From an uncultured Methanoregulaceae archaeon (GTDB lineage: Archaea > Halobacteriota > Methanomicrobia > Methanomicrobiales > Methanospirillaceae), in assembly GCA_963705255.1 (NCBI GenBank), contig OY970061.1, positions 832,001 to 896,000 of the forward strand: a stretch of 64,000 nt of DNA, given 5' to 3'. The position numbers were made by a program, and so were the translations under genes. Positions within the stretch are counted from its first letter, which is position 1, and each line of letters opens with the position of its first letter. Of this stretch, positions 50,702 through 61,708 are shown one piece after another. Below the pieces are notes generated by a model that searched no databases, had not been told where the DNA came from, and saw nothing but the letters and a program-made list of their open reading frames with translations.

Positions 50702-51471
50702 CCCTGCAACCCTACTTTTCCTCCTCGGCAAAAGTCTGGGACGACATTTCCTGGGTCTACCAGATCGAAGAGTCCGGTTACGCTGGCTGGGAGATTGTAG
50801 GAGATGGCAATTACCGGCTCGACAACCCGGACTGCTTCAGAAAGATACAGGAAGTGATCACCACAACAAAACTCGGTGTGACCGTTCATGCCCCCTATGG
50901 CGACCTCAATCTCGCAACGTTGAATGATCCGATCTGGCGTGAATCGATCCGCCAGATCTGCACCTGCATCGAACATGCCGCGCCCCTCACCGATCGTGTC
51001 ACCATCCATCCCGGTTACATTTCGCCCATAGGCAAGATGATGCCAGAAAAGGTCTGGGAGCTCCAGAAAGAAGCGCTCAGGCAGATTGGAAAATATGCTG
51101 CCGACCGGGGTGTCCTGGCCTGCCTTGAAAACATGATCAGCGCTAAGGAGTTTCTTTGCAGGTTCCCGGAAGAGCTCATCGGGATGACCGAAGGAATTGG
51201 AGGAGTTGGGATGACCTTTGATTTCGGGCATGCGAATACGATCGGAAAAGTGGAGGAGTTCCTTCCTTTTGTAGGAAGGGCAGACCATATCCATATCCAT
51301 GACAATCACGGTATGTCGGATGAACACCTTCCTCTCGGTGACGGCACCATCAACTGGGAACGTGTCGGCAGGACAACTGCCGATCATTACAGAGGAAGGA
51401 TTGTTATCGAAGGGCGGTCGGTTGAAGAAGCGCGGAAGAGCCTTGCCGTTTTCAGGAGATGGTTTGCGTGA
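50698..51471 (+). CDS. Sugar-phosphate isomerase/epimerase (AP endonuclease 2 TIM barrel)
   Basis: VHAPYGDLN, LENM, FDFGHA, HIHDNHG...DEHLPLGDG. Confidence 0.85.
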   Translation: MTLQPYFSSSAKVWDDISWVYQIEESGYAGWEIVGDGNYRLDNPDCFRKIQEVITTTKLGVTVHAPYGDLNLATLNDPIWRESIRQICTCIEHAAPLTDRVTIHPGYISPIGKMMPEKVWELQKEALRQIGKYAADRGVLACLENMISAKEFLCRFPEELIGMTEGIGGVGMTFDFGHANTIGKVEEFLPFVGRADHIHIHDNHGMSDEHLPLGDGTINWERVGRTTADHYRGRIVIEGRSVEEARKSLAVFRRWFA

Positions 51472-51574
51472 GCGGTGAGCCGAAGCGAACCGCTGGAGCA
51501 GAATCCTGGGAAGGATTGGGCGTGAGCAGTGAGCAGATGCGAACTGCCGGAACGGAGTTCCGGAGGGGTTGTAT

Positions 51575-52517
51575 ATGAGCGGGGAAACACTCCAGGTCTA
51601 TTTTCTCGGAACTGCGGGGGCACTTCCGACCCCGGTGCGCAACCCTCCGTGCATCCTGATACGCCATGGCTCCGACACCATGTTATTCGATTGCGGCGAG
51701 GGGGCGCAGCAACAGATGATGCGCTCACGGTGCGGGTTCACCGTCAACGCCATCTTTGTCACTCACTGGCATGCCGACCACTTTCTTGGTATATTCGGCC
51801 TCGTCCAGACAATGTCTTTCAACGGCCGTACGGAACCGCTTACCATTTATGGTCCCGAGTGGGTGCATGAATTCGTGAAAACCCTTCGCCATGTGGCACG
51901 CTTCAATCTCAAATTTCCCATTGAGTCAGGAGAACTGCATGACGGGTCATGGGTACGTTTTGAAGGCTACACGGTCACCGCATTTGCAGCACGTCACGGC
52001 CTGCCATCACTGGGATATATTCTTGAAGAGGACCCGCGGCCGGGAAGGTTCAACCGCGAGCAGGCAGTCGCACTGGGAGTCCCGCCCGGGCCTCTTTTCG
52101 GAAGGCTCCAGAGGGGTGAATCCGTCAGGATCTCCGGCGGCGGGGGATGCGAAGTGGAAGTCAGGCCGGACCAGGTCATGGGAGCACCACGACCCGGGCG
52201 AAAGATCGTATATACCGGGGACACCCGTTCGATCCATACTTCCATCATGGATATCGCCCGGAATGCCGATCTGCTGATCCATGACGCCACATATGATGAT
52301 TCCGAGTCGGCGCGGGCTGCAGAGTTTTACCACGCAACTGCATCGCAGGCCGGGGAAGCTGCTGCGGCCCTGAAGGCCCGGACACTTGTCCTCATTCATA
52401 CCAGTTCACGATATACTGATCCCGGGGCCCACATCAGCTGACGCACAGAAAAAATTTGACGGGCCGGTTCTTGTCCCCAAGGATCTGGACATGATTGAAG
52501 TAGCATTCCGCGACTGA
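51575..52517 (+). CDS. rnz: Ribonuclease Z (frameshift near 52435)
   Basis: FLGTAG, DCGEG, THWHADH, GP-rich exosite, GDT, HDATY, HTSSRY. Confidence 0.93.
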
Positions 52518-52683
52518 CCGGGTTTCCCTTATCCTGTGATCTCATTTTGCAGATAACAAGTAAATTAAACATTCAGTCACCCATTGATGATCATACAGGA
52601 GAATAGTACCGCGTAGCGTTGACGATACTAATACCATATCGCAACAATATGCCCATTTTCGCCGTGTGCAGTGAGAGGAGATT

Positions 52684-54535
52684 ATGCAGAATAATGACGC
52701 AAATGATGTGCTGGTCTACCGGCTCGGCGCCGGGTGCGACCTTGCCGAAGTTGAGGAAGGGAATATTTATCAGGGAAAGGTGCAGGGTTTTGCAAATTTT
52801 GGGGTGTTTGTCCAGTTAAACGACCGAATCAAAGGACTCGTGCACAAGAGTAACATCAAGGCCGATCATAAGGAACGGGATTCTATCCTCGTCAGGGTCC
52901 GCCAGATCCGCCCGAACGGGAATATCGATCTCGAAGAGGTCCAGATCCAGGTGTATCAGGTCCAGAACGTGGAACGGAAGTCTACAACGGTAAAAATTGC
53001 AGATCTCAACAACAGGGTGGGAAAGACCGTAGCAATCGAGGGGGAGATCGCCCAGATCAAGCAGACAAGCGGGCCTACCATCTTCACGATCGTTGATGAG
53101 ACCGGGACCCAGAACGCAGCCGCATTTGTCGAAGCCGGCGTGCGGGCATTTCCCGAAGCCGAACTCGGTAACATTGTCAGGGTCGTCGGCGAGGTGATGA
53201 TGCGCAACAGCCAGCTCCAGATCGAGGTGGATGCATTAACCATTCTTTCGGAAGAAGAGTCCGTGTCGGTGAGGGTCAGGATTGAGAAAGCCCTGGATGC
53301 GCGGGCAGAACCGGAGAATATTCCGCTCCTTATAAAAAGTGAGGTAATGGAAAATCTCCGTCCCGATATGAGGAAGATCGCAAAGATTATCCGGAAGGCG
53401 GTATTCACCTCCCAGCCGATTATCCTGCGCCACCATGCCGATGCCGATGGTATCTGCTCGGCGGTCGCCATCGAACAGGCCGTCGTATCGTTGATCCGTG
53501 AGTCAGGGGGTGATTTTGACGCGGATTATTTCATGTTCAAACGAGCCCCGTCAAAGGCTCCGTTCTATGAGATCGAAGACATCACCCGTGACCTCGATTT
53601 TTCCCTGAAAGATCATATCCGGTATGGACAGAAGATGCCACTGGTTCTTCTCACGGATAATGGATCAACAGAAGAGGACGAACCTGCGTACAAGATTGCC
53701 AGCGTCTACGACATCCAGTTTGTAGTCATCGACCACCACCATCCGGATGCAACTATTGACAAATACCTGCTGGCCCACCTGAACCCGTACCATGTCGGCG
53801 GGGACTTTGGTATAACGGCCGGTATGCTTGGGACCGAAGTTGCACGGCTGATCAACCCCAAGATCGAACCCCTTATCCGTCACCTTCCGGCCGTCAGCCG
53901 GCGTCGGTGACCGCAGCGAAGCCCCGGAACGGGCACTCTTCCTTGCGCTCGTCCGCGAACAGTATCCGGAGGAAACATGCAAGGATATAGCGCTCGCCCT
54001 TGACTATGAGCAGTTCTGGCTCCGGTTCAATGATGGCAGGGAGATCGTCAAGGACATCCTTGACCTCACGGGCCACGCGGAACGCCACAGGAAGCTTGTC
54101 TCCCTTCTCGTTGACGGGGCAAACACCATGATCGAGGACCAGATGAGTGCATGCATGCCCCATGTGGTCCCCCGTATCCTTGCGAATGATGCCCATCTGT
54201 TCCTGATCGATGTCGAAATCCATGCCCACAAATTCACGTTCCCCCCTCCGGGGAAAACCTCCGGTGAAGTGCATGACCGGCTCTGCAAACAGAACATCGG
54301 TAAACCCGTTGTCACCATTGGCTTTGGCCCTGATTTTGCCGTACTGCGATCCCGGGGCGTACTCATGAACATCCCCCGCATGGTCCGTGAACTCCGGGTC
54401 GAGATTCCCGGGGGCGGCATCAGCGGCGGCGGCCACCTGGTTGTCGGGAGTATAAAATTCGTGGAAGGTATGCGCGAGGTCGTTCTTGAGGCATTGATAA
54501 AAAAGATCGCCGATGCACAGGTTCAGAACCTGTGA
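52684..54535 (+). CDS. S1/OB-fold DHH phosphoesterase (RecJ-like; frameshift near 53897)
   Basis: HHADADG, DNGS, DHHH and GGGH motifs across ORFs 52684..53910 and 54128..54535. Confidence 0.88.
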
Positions 54536-54559
54536 ATAGCCATTTTTTTAAAAATTTTA

Positions 54560-55666
54560 TCAGAGACGGATCAGTTCATACGCACTGCTTCCCATACCGA
54601 TTTCTTCAGCATATTGTATCTGCCGGAAGCCAACGGTATTAGCGTGTACACCGGTAAATTTATCCTCACCTGCACGGTGGTGAGTGGCGAGGAGCGATTC
54701 CCTGTATCCCTGTTGCAGGTTGACGAGATCGAAGCTGGCCGCATCAATGGCAACCGGGTCGCGCGATGCAAGAATTCCGATATCCGGGACGATCGGTGCG
54801 TCACTGAACGGGAAACAATCACAGTCCGGTGTGATCCGTATCAGGAAATTCATGTAACCCACCCTGCCCTCCTTTCCAGCGACTGCCCCGTATGCATACT
54901 CCACCATCCTTTCCATGAACAAGGGAATCTCGGTCTCCCAGTCTATATCGATCGCATGCTCCGGGCATGCATGCATGCATTCGAAACAGCCGATGCAGTT
55001 CTCACGGTTAATTACCGATTTTTTTGCTACAATGCTCATCGCCGAACTCGGGCAGACCTTCATGCAGGCTGCACATCCGGTGCATTTCCCGCTCAAGGTA
55101 AACGGTCGGGCATTGTGCTGTGCCCGTTTTCCCTCGGGAGGAGCACACCCCATGGCAAGATTTTTTATCGCACCGCCGAAACCTGAAACGATGTGTCCCT
55201 TAAAGTGACTCAGGACCAGCATGCTGTCGGCAGAAACAATGTCACCGGCTATCGACACCTCGCTGAAATGTTTTTTACCGATCGGAACTCTCACCACATG
55301 TTTGCCAAAAATTCCATCCGCAATGATGACCGGTGCACCGACCACTGCAAAATCAAAACCGTGCAGGATGGCAGTGGTGATGTGCTCCACCGCGTTTGAA
55401 CGGCTGCCCCTATAAAGGGTATTGGTATCGGTCAGGAATGGCAGACCCCGGCACTCTTTCACCTTTTCCACAACCTGTCGCACATAGACCGGGCTGATAA
55501 AGCCGTCATTTCCCACTTCTCCAAAATGGAGCTTGAGTGCGGTTTTATCCCGTGGTTTGATCAGCTCTGAAAACCCCGCACGGTCAAAGAGCTGCTGCAC
55601 CTTTGCTGTCGTACATTCCTGATCAGAATGTGCCCGGAGGCTTGCGAAATAGACCGGACTTTTCAT
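54560..55666 (-). CDS. DUF362 Fe-S protein with a 2x[4Fe-4S] domain
   Basis: KLHFGE, SHFKGH, GGAIKN, CxxCxxCxxxCP twice, DPVAID. Confidence 0.9.
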   Translation of the reverse strand: MKSPVYFASLRAHSDQECTTAKVQQLFDRAGFSELIKPRDKTALKLHFGEVGNDGFISPVYVRQVVEKVKECRGLPFLTDTNTLYRGSRSNAVEHITTAILHGFDFAVVGAPVIIADGIFGKHVVRVPIGKKHFSEVSIAGDIVSADSMLVLSHFKGHIVSGFGGAIKNLAMGCAPPEGKRAQHNARPFTLSGKCTGCAACMKVCPSSAMSIVAKKSVINRENCIGCFECMHACPEHAIDIDWETEIPLFMERMVEYAYGAVAGKEGRVGYMNFLIRITPDCDCFPFSDAPIVPDIGILASRDPVAIDAASFDLVNLQQGYRESLLATHHRAGEDKFTGVHANTVGFRQIQYAEEIGMGSSAYELIRL

Positions 55667-55955
55667 GCTTATGCCTCTGCAGAGGGAATTGTTTTCCGAA
55701 GTACTAGAACCCATCGTTTCCGTGAAATGTCCTGTTGTGGACGCGGACGGTTTTTCCTGACAAAACCCCGGACCCGTGCGCCGGAAGCGACGGGTCATGT
55801 AATTATCAGCCAGTCTGGATCTTTATGTGCCGGGACAATCCTGGGAGAAGAGTGTCGCGAGTCTTTTCAAGGTGTGGCCCGCGACATAAGAGGTGAGAAA
55901 AATCCTTGAATGATACATAAAGAAGAAAAGTTCAAAAGGAAAATACGTGGAGGAA

Positions 55956-56444
55956 TTATTCCCGCTTGCCGAGGTAGTGATCAATATAGAAGAGATGGCC
56001 GATAATATCGCCAACGATTCTTACCTGGTTGAGAACCTCCAGGGCCTGTTCCTCCTCCTCCACCTGTTCTTTGACAAACCACTGGAGCATCTCGAACGTT
56101 GCGTGATCTTTTTCTTTGATGGCAAGATCAACGATAGCGTTGATCATCCCGGATACTTTCTGCTCATGGGCATACACCTCTTCGAATACCTTTCCCGCAG
56201 ATGTCCATTTTGCCTTCGGGGCCTCGAGAGCACCAAGGGTAACTTTCCCCCCGCGGGCAACGATATACTCAAAGATCTTCAGGGCGTGTGAGCGTTCTTC
56301 CCGCGCCTGCACCCTCATCCATTTTGCGAATCCCCTCAGACTGATTGTCTCTAAATACGCTGCCATCGAAAGGTAGAGGTATTCTGAGAAAAATTCCCGG
56401 TTAACCTGCCGGTTCAGGGCTTCTTCCATGGTCTTTGAAATCAT
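55956..56444 (-). CDS. ftnA: Ferritin
   Basis: LNRQVNRE, EERSHA, HEQKV, QWFVKEQVEEE. Confidence 0.93.
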   Translation of the reverse strand: MISKTMEEALNRQVNREFFSEYLYLSMAAYLETISLRGFAKWMRVQAREERSHALKIFEYIVARGGKVTLGALEAPKAKWTSAGKVFEEVYAHEQKVSGMINAIVDLAIKEKDHATFEMLQWFVKEQVEEEEQALEVLNQVRIVGDIIGHLFYIDHYLGKRE

Positions 56445-56577
56445 CGTATAACCTCTGATGCATCGTTCATTGGTTTTTTTATTAATAATGCTTTCGTAAC
56501 GCGGCATCAGTTCTGAGTATAATACCCGGAATCGGTTTTTCCCGAAACAAAGAATGTCTGACTATAAATAAGAAAAT

Positions 56578-57078
56578 TTACCTGCCGACTTTCTTTCTTT
56601 CGGCGTCCATATCCAGAATAATTTCAAGTTCGAGTGACCTACCGTACGCTTCCTGTGCCTCATCGTTCCTGCCGAGTTCATCGAGGCAGACCCCTTTGAT
56701 GTACCAGGCTGCAGCATCGTTACCGTTCAGGGTCGTGGCTCGCGTACTGGCAAGTACCCCCTCGTCAAACCGCTCGAGATTATAGAGAACCAGCCCTTTC
56801 TTCGCCCATGCGTCCGCATAATTCTGGTCAAGGGCAAGTGCCCGATCGCAGTCAGCAAGCGCCTCCTTGTACCTCCCGGTCTCGATAAATGCAGTGGCCC
56901 TCAAAAGCCAGCTCTCCGGATAATTTGGATCGAGAGCCAATGCTTTCTCGAAGTGGATTATCGCTTCCTTATACTTCGTACGTTTTGCCAGCGATTTTCC
57001 TCGTTTGAGCAACTCTACAACTTCTTTCACCGGCATGAAAGTCCTCCGGCAAATCCTGGCTCGCGAAGCATCATCCAT
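56578..57078 (-). CDS. TPR-repeat protein
   Basis: Repeated W..KG..L...GRY.EA...Y..AL units. Confidence 0.88.
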   Translation of the reverse strand: MDDASRARICRRTFMPVKEVVELLKRGKSLAKRTKYKEAIIHFEKALALDPNYPESWLLRATAFIETGRYKEALADCDRALALDQNYADAWAKKGLVLYNLERFDEGVLASTRATTLNGNDAAAWYIKGVCLDELGRNDEAQEAYGRSLELEIILDMDAERKKVGR

Positions 57079-58099
57079 CCCCCCAGGTGTCCGTTATCAG
57101 GTCACCGAATATCTTTTTCAGCGCTCTCCTCTCAAACTCCTCTTTGTTCTTGTGGGCTTCGAGCAGGTGTTTTGGCTCCTCCCAGACAAACCAGTCTTTC
57201 ATGGTCATGTACGAAATGAAGTTATCAGTCAGATTGACCCCGATCTTATAAAGGTCAAAATAGTGGTCGAGGGTCGGTTCCGCGTCCCATTTCACAAGGT
57301 TGAGCGGGCGCTCCATGATTGCCAGCATATTGTCTCCAAAGACTTTTGACTGGTACCAGGCAGTCTGAGTCCAGCGTGTGGTCAGCATTTCCTTCACCTC
57401 AAGATGGTTGAACTTCTTCATCTGGGGAATGTTCAGAACCGGCATCAGCTCATCAGCAGGAAGCGTTTTGGCAAGGAACATGTCACGGGCGTAGAACATC
57501 GCCTTGTTCAGTACAAAATACCGGCGGGGGACAATAGTTTCCTGCTCCATCATCTCGTCCATGTCGTTTTTGCTCTCCTTCATGACATGATAGAGCTGGG
57601 TTTTCCGGATCTTGGGCATACGATGGTAGACACTCGCGTTCACGATTGCGTTCCACGGGAGCTCGTTGATATCGTCATTGAAGTGGGTAAACAGGATGAA
57701 GAGCATCTGAATAAGTTTCTGGACCGGAAGTTTGTTCTCCTTTTTCGCTTCGTCCTTCAGCGCGTCCAGGTAGATCTGGTGCATGCCCCTGTATACGGAT
57801 TCCTCGGTATAAGAACAGACAAGGTACCTTGATTTTTTTGCTGCAGCGCCCTTGATAAGCAGGTTGGTGCATTGTTTTGCGATGATGAAGTCCTTGAGGA
57901 GGCCGATGTACTGTGCCGGGAAAATGATGACATTCTTTTCAATATCGTACGTATAAATATCAACGAGAGTCCCCCCAGGTTCAGCATCCGGCTCGCGAAG
58001 AAGCGAGATTTCTGTATCGAGTGTTTCTTCGGTACGGGTAAGAAACCGGCGGATGGGTTTGGATAAAGGCATCTCGGTTTTCATTGTGTGGCTCACCAA
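57071..58099 (-). CDS. Hypothetical protein
   Basis: 342-aa ORF with host-like codon usage, overlapping the TPR gene start. Confidence 0.75.
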   Translation of the reverse strand: MVSHTMKTEMPLSKPIRRFLTRTEETLDTEISLLREPDAEPGGTLVDIYTYDIEKNVIIFPAQYIGLLKDFIIAKQCTNLLIKGAAAKKSRYLVCSYTEESVYRGMHQIYLDALKDEAKKENKLPVQKLIQMLFILFTHFNDDINELPWNAIVNASVYHRMPKIRKTQLYHVMKESKNDMDEMMEQETIVPRRYFVLNKAMFYARDMFLAKTLPADELMPVLNIPQMKKFNHLEVKEMLTTRWTQTAWYQSKVFGDNMLAIMERPLNLVKWDAEPTLDHYFDLYKIGVNLTDNFISYMTMKDWFVWEEPKHLLEAHKNKEEFERRALKKIFGDLITDTWGDG

Positions 58100-58320
58100 A
58101 AAATCGTTTTACAGGGATTTATGCTTTCCAGTACTTCTGTTCTGGTGCGAATTAATCTATTCTTAAAAGGAATGCCAGGGGGGATGGCTGCATAAATACT
58201 TCCGGTCACCCTCGTGCATAATCACCGTTGAAAAATTTCTGTCAGGATTCGATCATCTGGAGCAACCGGTATTTCCCTGTCCAGCGCTATTTTAATTCCT
58301 GTCCGGCACCATTAAACGGT

Positions 58321-58572
58321 ATGCAGTTGAAGAAAAAACTTGCAGATCTCTTTTCAAAACTTTCCGGAAAGAGGCAATACCCTCTCTATGAGACGTGTTC
58401 GTTCTGCGGGGTGCGGGATTACCTTCCCTTTCACTGTGACTACTGCGGGCGGTATTTTTGTGACCGGCACCGGCTGCCGTTCGATCATGATTGCGAAAAT
58501 ATCGATACGTGGAAGAAACAATCCGCGCGGCCACCGAGGTCAACGGCAAAAAAATTCTTTTTACGAAAATAA
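58321..58572 (+). CDS. AN1-type zinc-finger protein
   Basis: CSFC...LPFHCDYCGRYFCDRHRLPFDHDC. Confidence 0.88.
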   Translation: MQLKKKLADLFSKLSGKRQYPLYETCSFCGVRDYLPFHCDYCGRYFCDRHRLPFDHDCENIDTWKKQSARPPRSTAKKFFLRK

Positions 58573-59311
58573 CCTCTCGGCAATCCCGGAGACCTGACCG
58601 TAACGTTTGCCATGAACTTTCTCTCCCGTTTTTAAACAATCCCGATATGTTCGGGATCGTCCCTGTACTAGACATCCTCAGCAATCTCGCCGGAGTGATC
58701 AACAGGCTGTTCAAGGAACTGAGCGACTATGATACTAGATCTTTCACCGGAGTATCGCCCTGTTTTCGATGCTGATATGAGGAAAACAAACCGGAATATT
58801 AAAACAATCAGTGCTCTTGAGAATGTCGGCTGGGACATCTAGAACATGATCCTCAAACAGGGTATCATCATAACCACATCGGTTCGCGAAATTGTTCAGA
58901 GCATCAGAAGATCTGGAGAATATAATAGTGATATTTCCAAGAAGGCGATCAACCTTCTGGGCCGGAAATGGCCTGGCCCGGATACGATAAAAACCCGGAA
59001 ATAATAATGGATTCACAATTTCCTTTCTCTTTTTTACGATCCAGAAAATCATAAAATGTTGAGGTTTATTTTCCGCAGAATCACGTTAATCCAACTTTCT
59101 GTTTTTTTAAAATATGACTATAGTAATTAAAGCAAAATTATTGATATCGTCAAGCAGCCGTGTGCATGGTGCATTGGAATTATAGTATCGAGTGCCGAAT
59201 CCTTCAGATTTATAAGTCCTCAATCTTTAAATATAATTACCATTGTATAAAAAAAATTGCCGATATTTTAATGCTATTAAAAATTTTCATGAGATTGTAA
59301 TAAAGCGAGGC

Positions 59312-60181
59312 ATGGAAATTTTTTATGGTGTGACACTTTTAGACACGCCCACCATGCGGCTCCTGAACTCCTCGACAGTTGTCGCAATTTCCGGGATATT
59401 CAGGCTTCATATTGCTTTTCTCCTGGCAGGTATCGCCATGAGAATACCGGAATATTGTGCATTCAGCCTCATCGTGTATGCCACTTATACCCTGGACCGT
59501 GCCCTCGATTGCAAGGAAGATGCAATCAACCGCTCTGAAATCACAGGTGCAGACAAAAAAACCGGAATACTTGTATGTCTCGCAGCATTTCTCATGGGCG
59601 CCGTCATTTTACTCCATGACGGCATTCTGCTCGCACCTTTTTTTCCTTTCATTGTCGGCTATGCCTACACCCATGGATTCCGTGTCGGGTCGTATACCGT
59701 TAAACTTAAAGCGGGTACAGGTGTAAAAAATGCCATCATAGGACTCACATGGGGCGGGACGATCGCCCTGATCGTGGGCCACTGGTGCGGCAGTATCGTA
59801 ACCGTTGGCGTCATTTTCCTGTTCTTCGGGCTGAAAGTCTTCGTAACTTCGTGCGTGAACGATTTCAAGGACGTAAAGGGTGATATAGCCGCCGGGATCC
59901 GGACACTTCCGGTCTGCCTCGGTGAAGATCTGACAAAAAAAGTCCTTATCCTGATACTCTTGGTCATGCACGGCGTCATGCTCTACGCACTGCTCTCAAA
60001 CGTTATCAGAGATGAATGGCTCGTCCTGCTGACAGGTCTGGTCATCACGGTCGTATTCCTTTTCATCTATTCGCCGTCGTTTGAAACCAGTCCCCAGCTT
60101 ATGTACCGGAAGATGCGGGAGTTTGCGATCAGCTGGGAATCGCTCATCGCACTGGCCATTCGGGGATGCGTGACAATTTAA
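59312..60181 (+). CDS. UbiA-family prenyltransferase
   Basis: YTLDRALDCKEDAIN and NDFKDVKGDIAAGIRTLP Asp-rich motifs; multi-TM. Confidence 0.88.
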   Translation: MEIFYGVTLLDTPTMRLLNSSTVVAISGIFRLHIAFLLAGIAMRIPEYCAFSLIVYATYTLDRALDCKEDAINRSEITGADKKTGILVCLAAFLMGAVILLHDGILLAPFFPFIVGYAYTHGFRVGSYTVKLKAGTGVKNAIIGLTWGGTIALIVGHWCGSIVTVGVIFLFFGLKVFVTSCVNDFKDVKGDIAAGIRTLPVCLGEDLTKKVLILILLVMHGVMLYALLSNVIRDEWLVLLTGLVITVVFLFIYSPSFETSPQLMYRKMREFAISWESLIALAIRGCVTI

Positions 60182-60960
60182 TCCAGCGACTCAATTTTTT
60201 CTGATAGTTTGATGTAATGCGAAAAGATCCGTTCTCCCCATCTCCGTGCCGAAGCGTCATAACTTACGCAATCGTTCTTGGAATCGAACACCCCGTTGTT
60301 ATAGAATAATGAGATGGAAAAATAGGAGTCCGAGACAACAAAGGAGAACTTGATGTCATGCTTTTGCACATAAAGATTAGCCTTATCGCATTTCAGCCAT
60401 TCCTCGAGGAGATCACGGTATTTCTCCTTCACGACCTTGAACACACCTTGCGTCAGGATAAGGTGGGACTCAACACCTTTTTTCGCAAGGTTCAGGAAGA
60501 AATTCGGGTACCGCGGGTGGACCGTATGGGATATGCCCTTGATGACTTTCGAGTTCGAAATATTTTTCAAAAAGATGTTAATATCAAAAATTTCCTCATC
60601 CGAATTTTCAATGATCTGGTAGTTCCCGAGTTCTCGGATATGGAGGAGAATGTCATGGGGCAGTACTTCGATATTATGTTCGTTCCAGAATTTTTTATGC
60701 TTATCAAACACTTCCATTGTCCTGATCAGGGGCTCCATGTGCGCGGTAAGCACCCTTCCCATGGGTGTTAAGGAAAATTTCCTGCCATCCCGTTCGATAA
60801 GGTACTCTTCTTCGAGAATTTTTACCTGCGGAAGCATGCCTGTAGAAGTGACCCGGAGGGTCTGTTTGATTTCATCCCATTCCTTTGGCCCGCTGTTCAG
60901 AAGTATCAGGAGATTCCGTCGTTTGTCGGAAGCTGAAATAACATTCAGAAGGTCGCTCAT
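60178..60960 (-). CDS. wHTH + DUF1724-type methanogen transcriptional regulator
   Basis: SDKRRNLLILL...LPQVKIL; FWNEHNI; ARRWGERIF. Confidence 0.88.
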   Translation of the reverse strand: MSDLLNVISASDKRRNLLILLNSGPKEWDEIKQTLRVTSTGMLPQVKILEEEYLIERDGRKFSLTPMGRVLTAHMEPLIRTMEVFDKHKKFWNEHNIEVLPHDILLHIRELGNYQIIENSDEEIFDINIFLKNISNSKVIKGISHTVHPRYPNFFLNLAKKGVESHLILTQGVFKVVKEKYRDLLEEWLKCDKANLYVQKHDIKFSFVVSDSYFSISLFYNNGVFDSKNDCVSYDASARRWGERIFSHYIKLSEKIESLD

Positions 60961-61708
60961 TCTTTCACCGGGTGTTATGATAACCTCATTGTCATATGAG
61001 AAAAAACCTCCTGAAATGCGATTACGGGACCTGCCCTTGTACTGTGAGCCGAACATCGACCAGATGGCATCCACCCTTGGCCTTGAATGTCCTGGAACAA
61101 CGGTTCTTCATTGCTATCATCACGGGGCATTATAAAATTCCTCGCGCATACCAATCGGATTGTGATGGTGATCCCTATCCTTTCAGTCTGATGCATGGAA
61201 AAAACCGGGATAATACCGTCTGGACCCGGATTAGGCAACGGTCATGTGGCAAAGGAAACAGACCGGAGATAAAATGATCGAGAACAAAGATTTCAATTAT
61301 AATATAAAAGTCGTGTATAATTTTAATAATGTTGAAATTTTTAATGATGTTATAATCGTACATCCAGATAACAATATACAAGAACTGGTCTGATAATTGG
61401 TTGGTGTGTGGATCTGTACCAGCATAGCATCACATCCACAACGGGTCACACACTCCGCAGCTGGTGCCGTCTACCGGGTGGCCAGCTGCATTTTCATCCA
61501 TAACAATGAATGGGAACAAGACGATCATCGGTCTCGGGTATTGGCCTGCATATCAGGAATCTCCTGCGGAACCCCTTTCGTACTACGGTTCACAGGAAAT
61601 TGCAGGAACCATTGTTGAGGTGTATGAGTATAATGTGCTCATTCCCGCCTCATTGGATATCACTGGACCTGGTGAAACAAGTGCGGAAATTATCATGCGT
61701 GATCCGGT

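Noticed and set aside
58580-59240. ORFs 58491..58775 and 58744..59052 as genes
   Set aside because: No recognisable motifs or SD; AT-rich intergenic-like sequence, so they cannot be supported.
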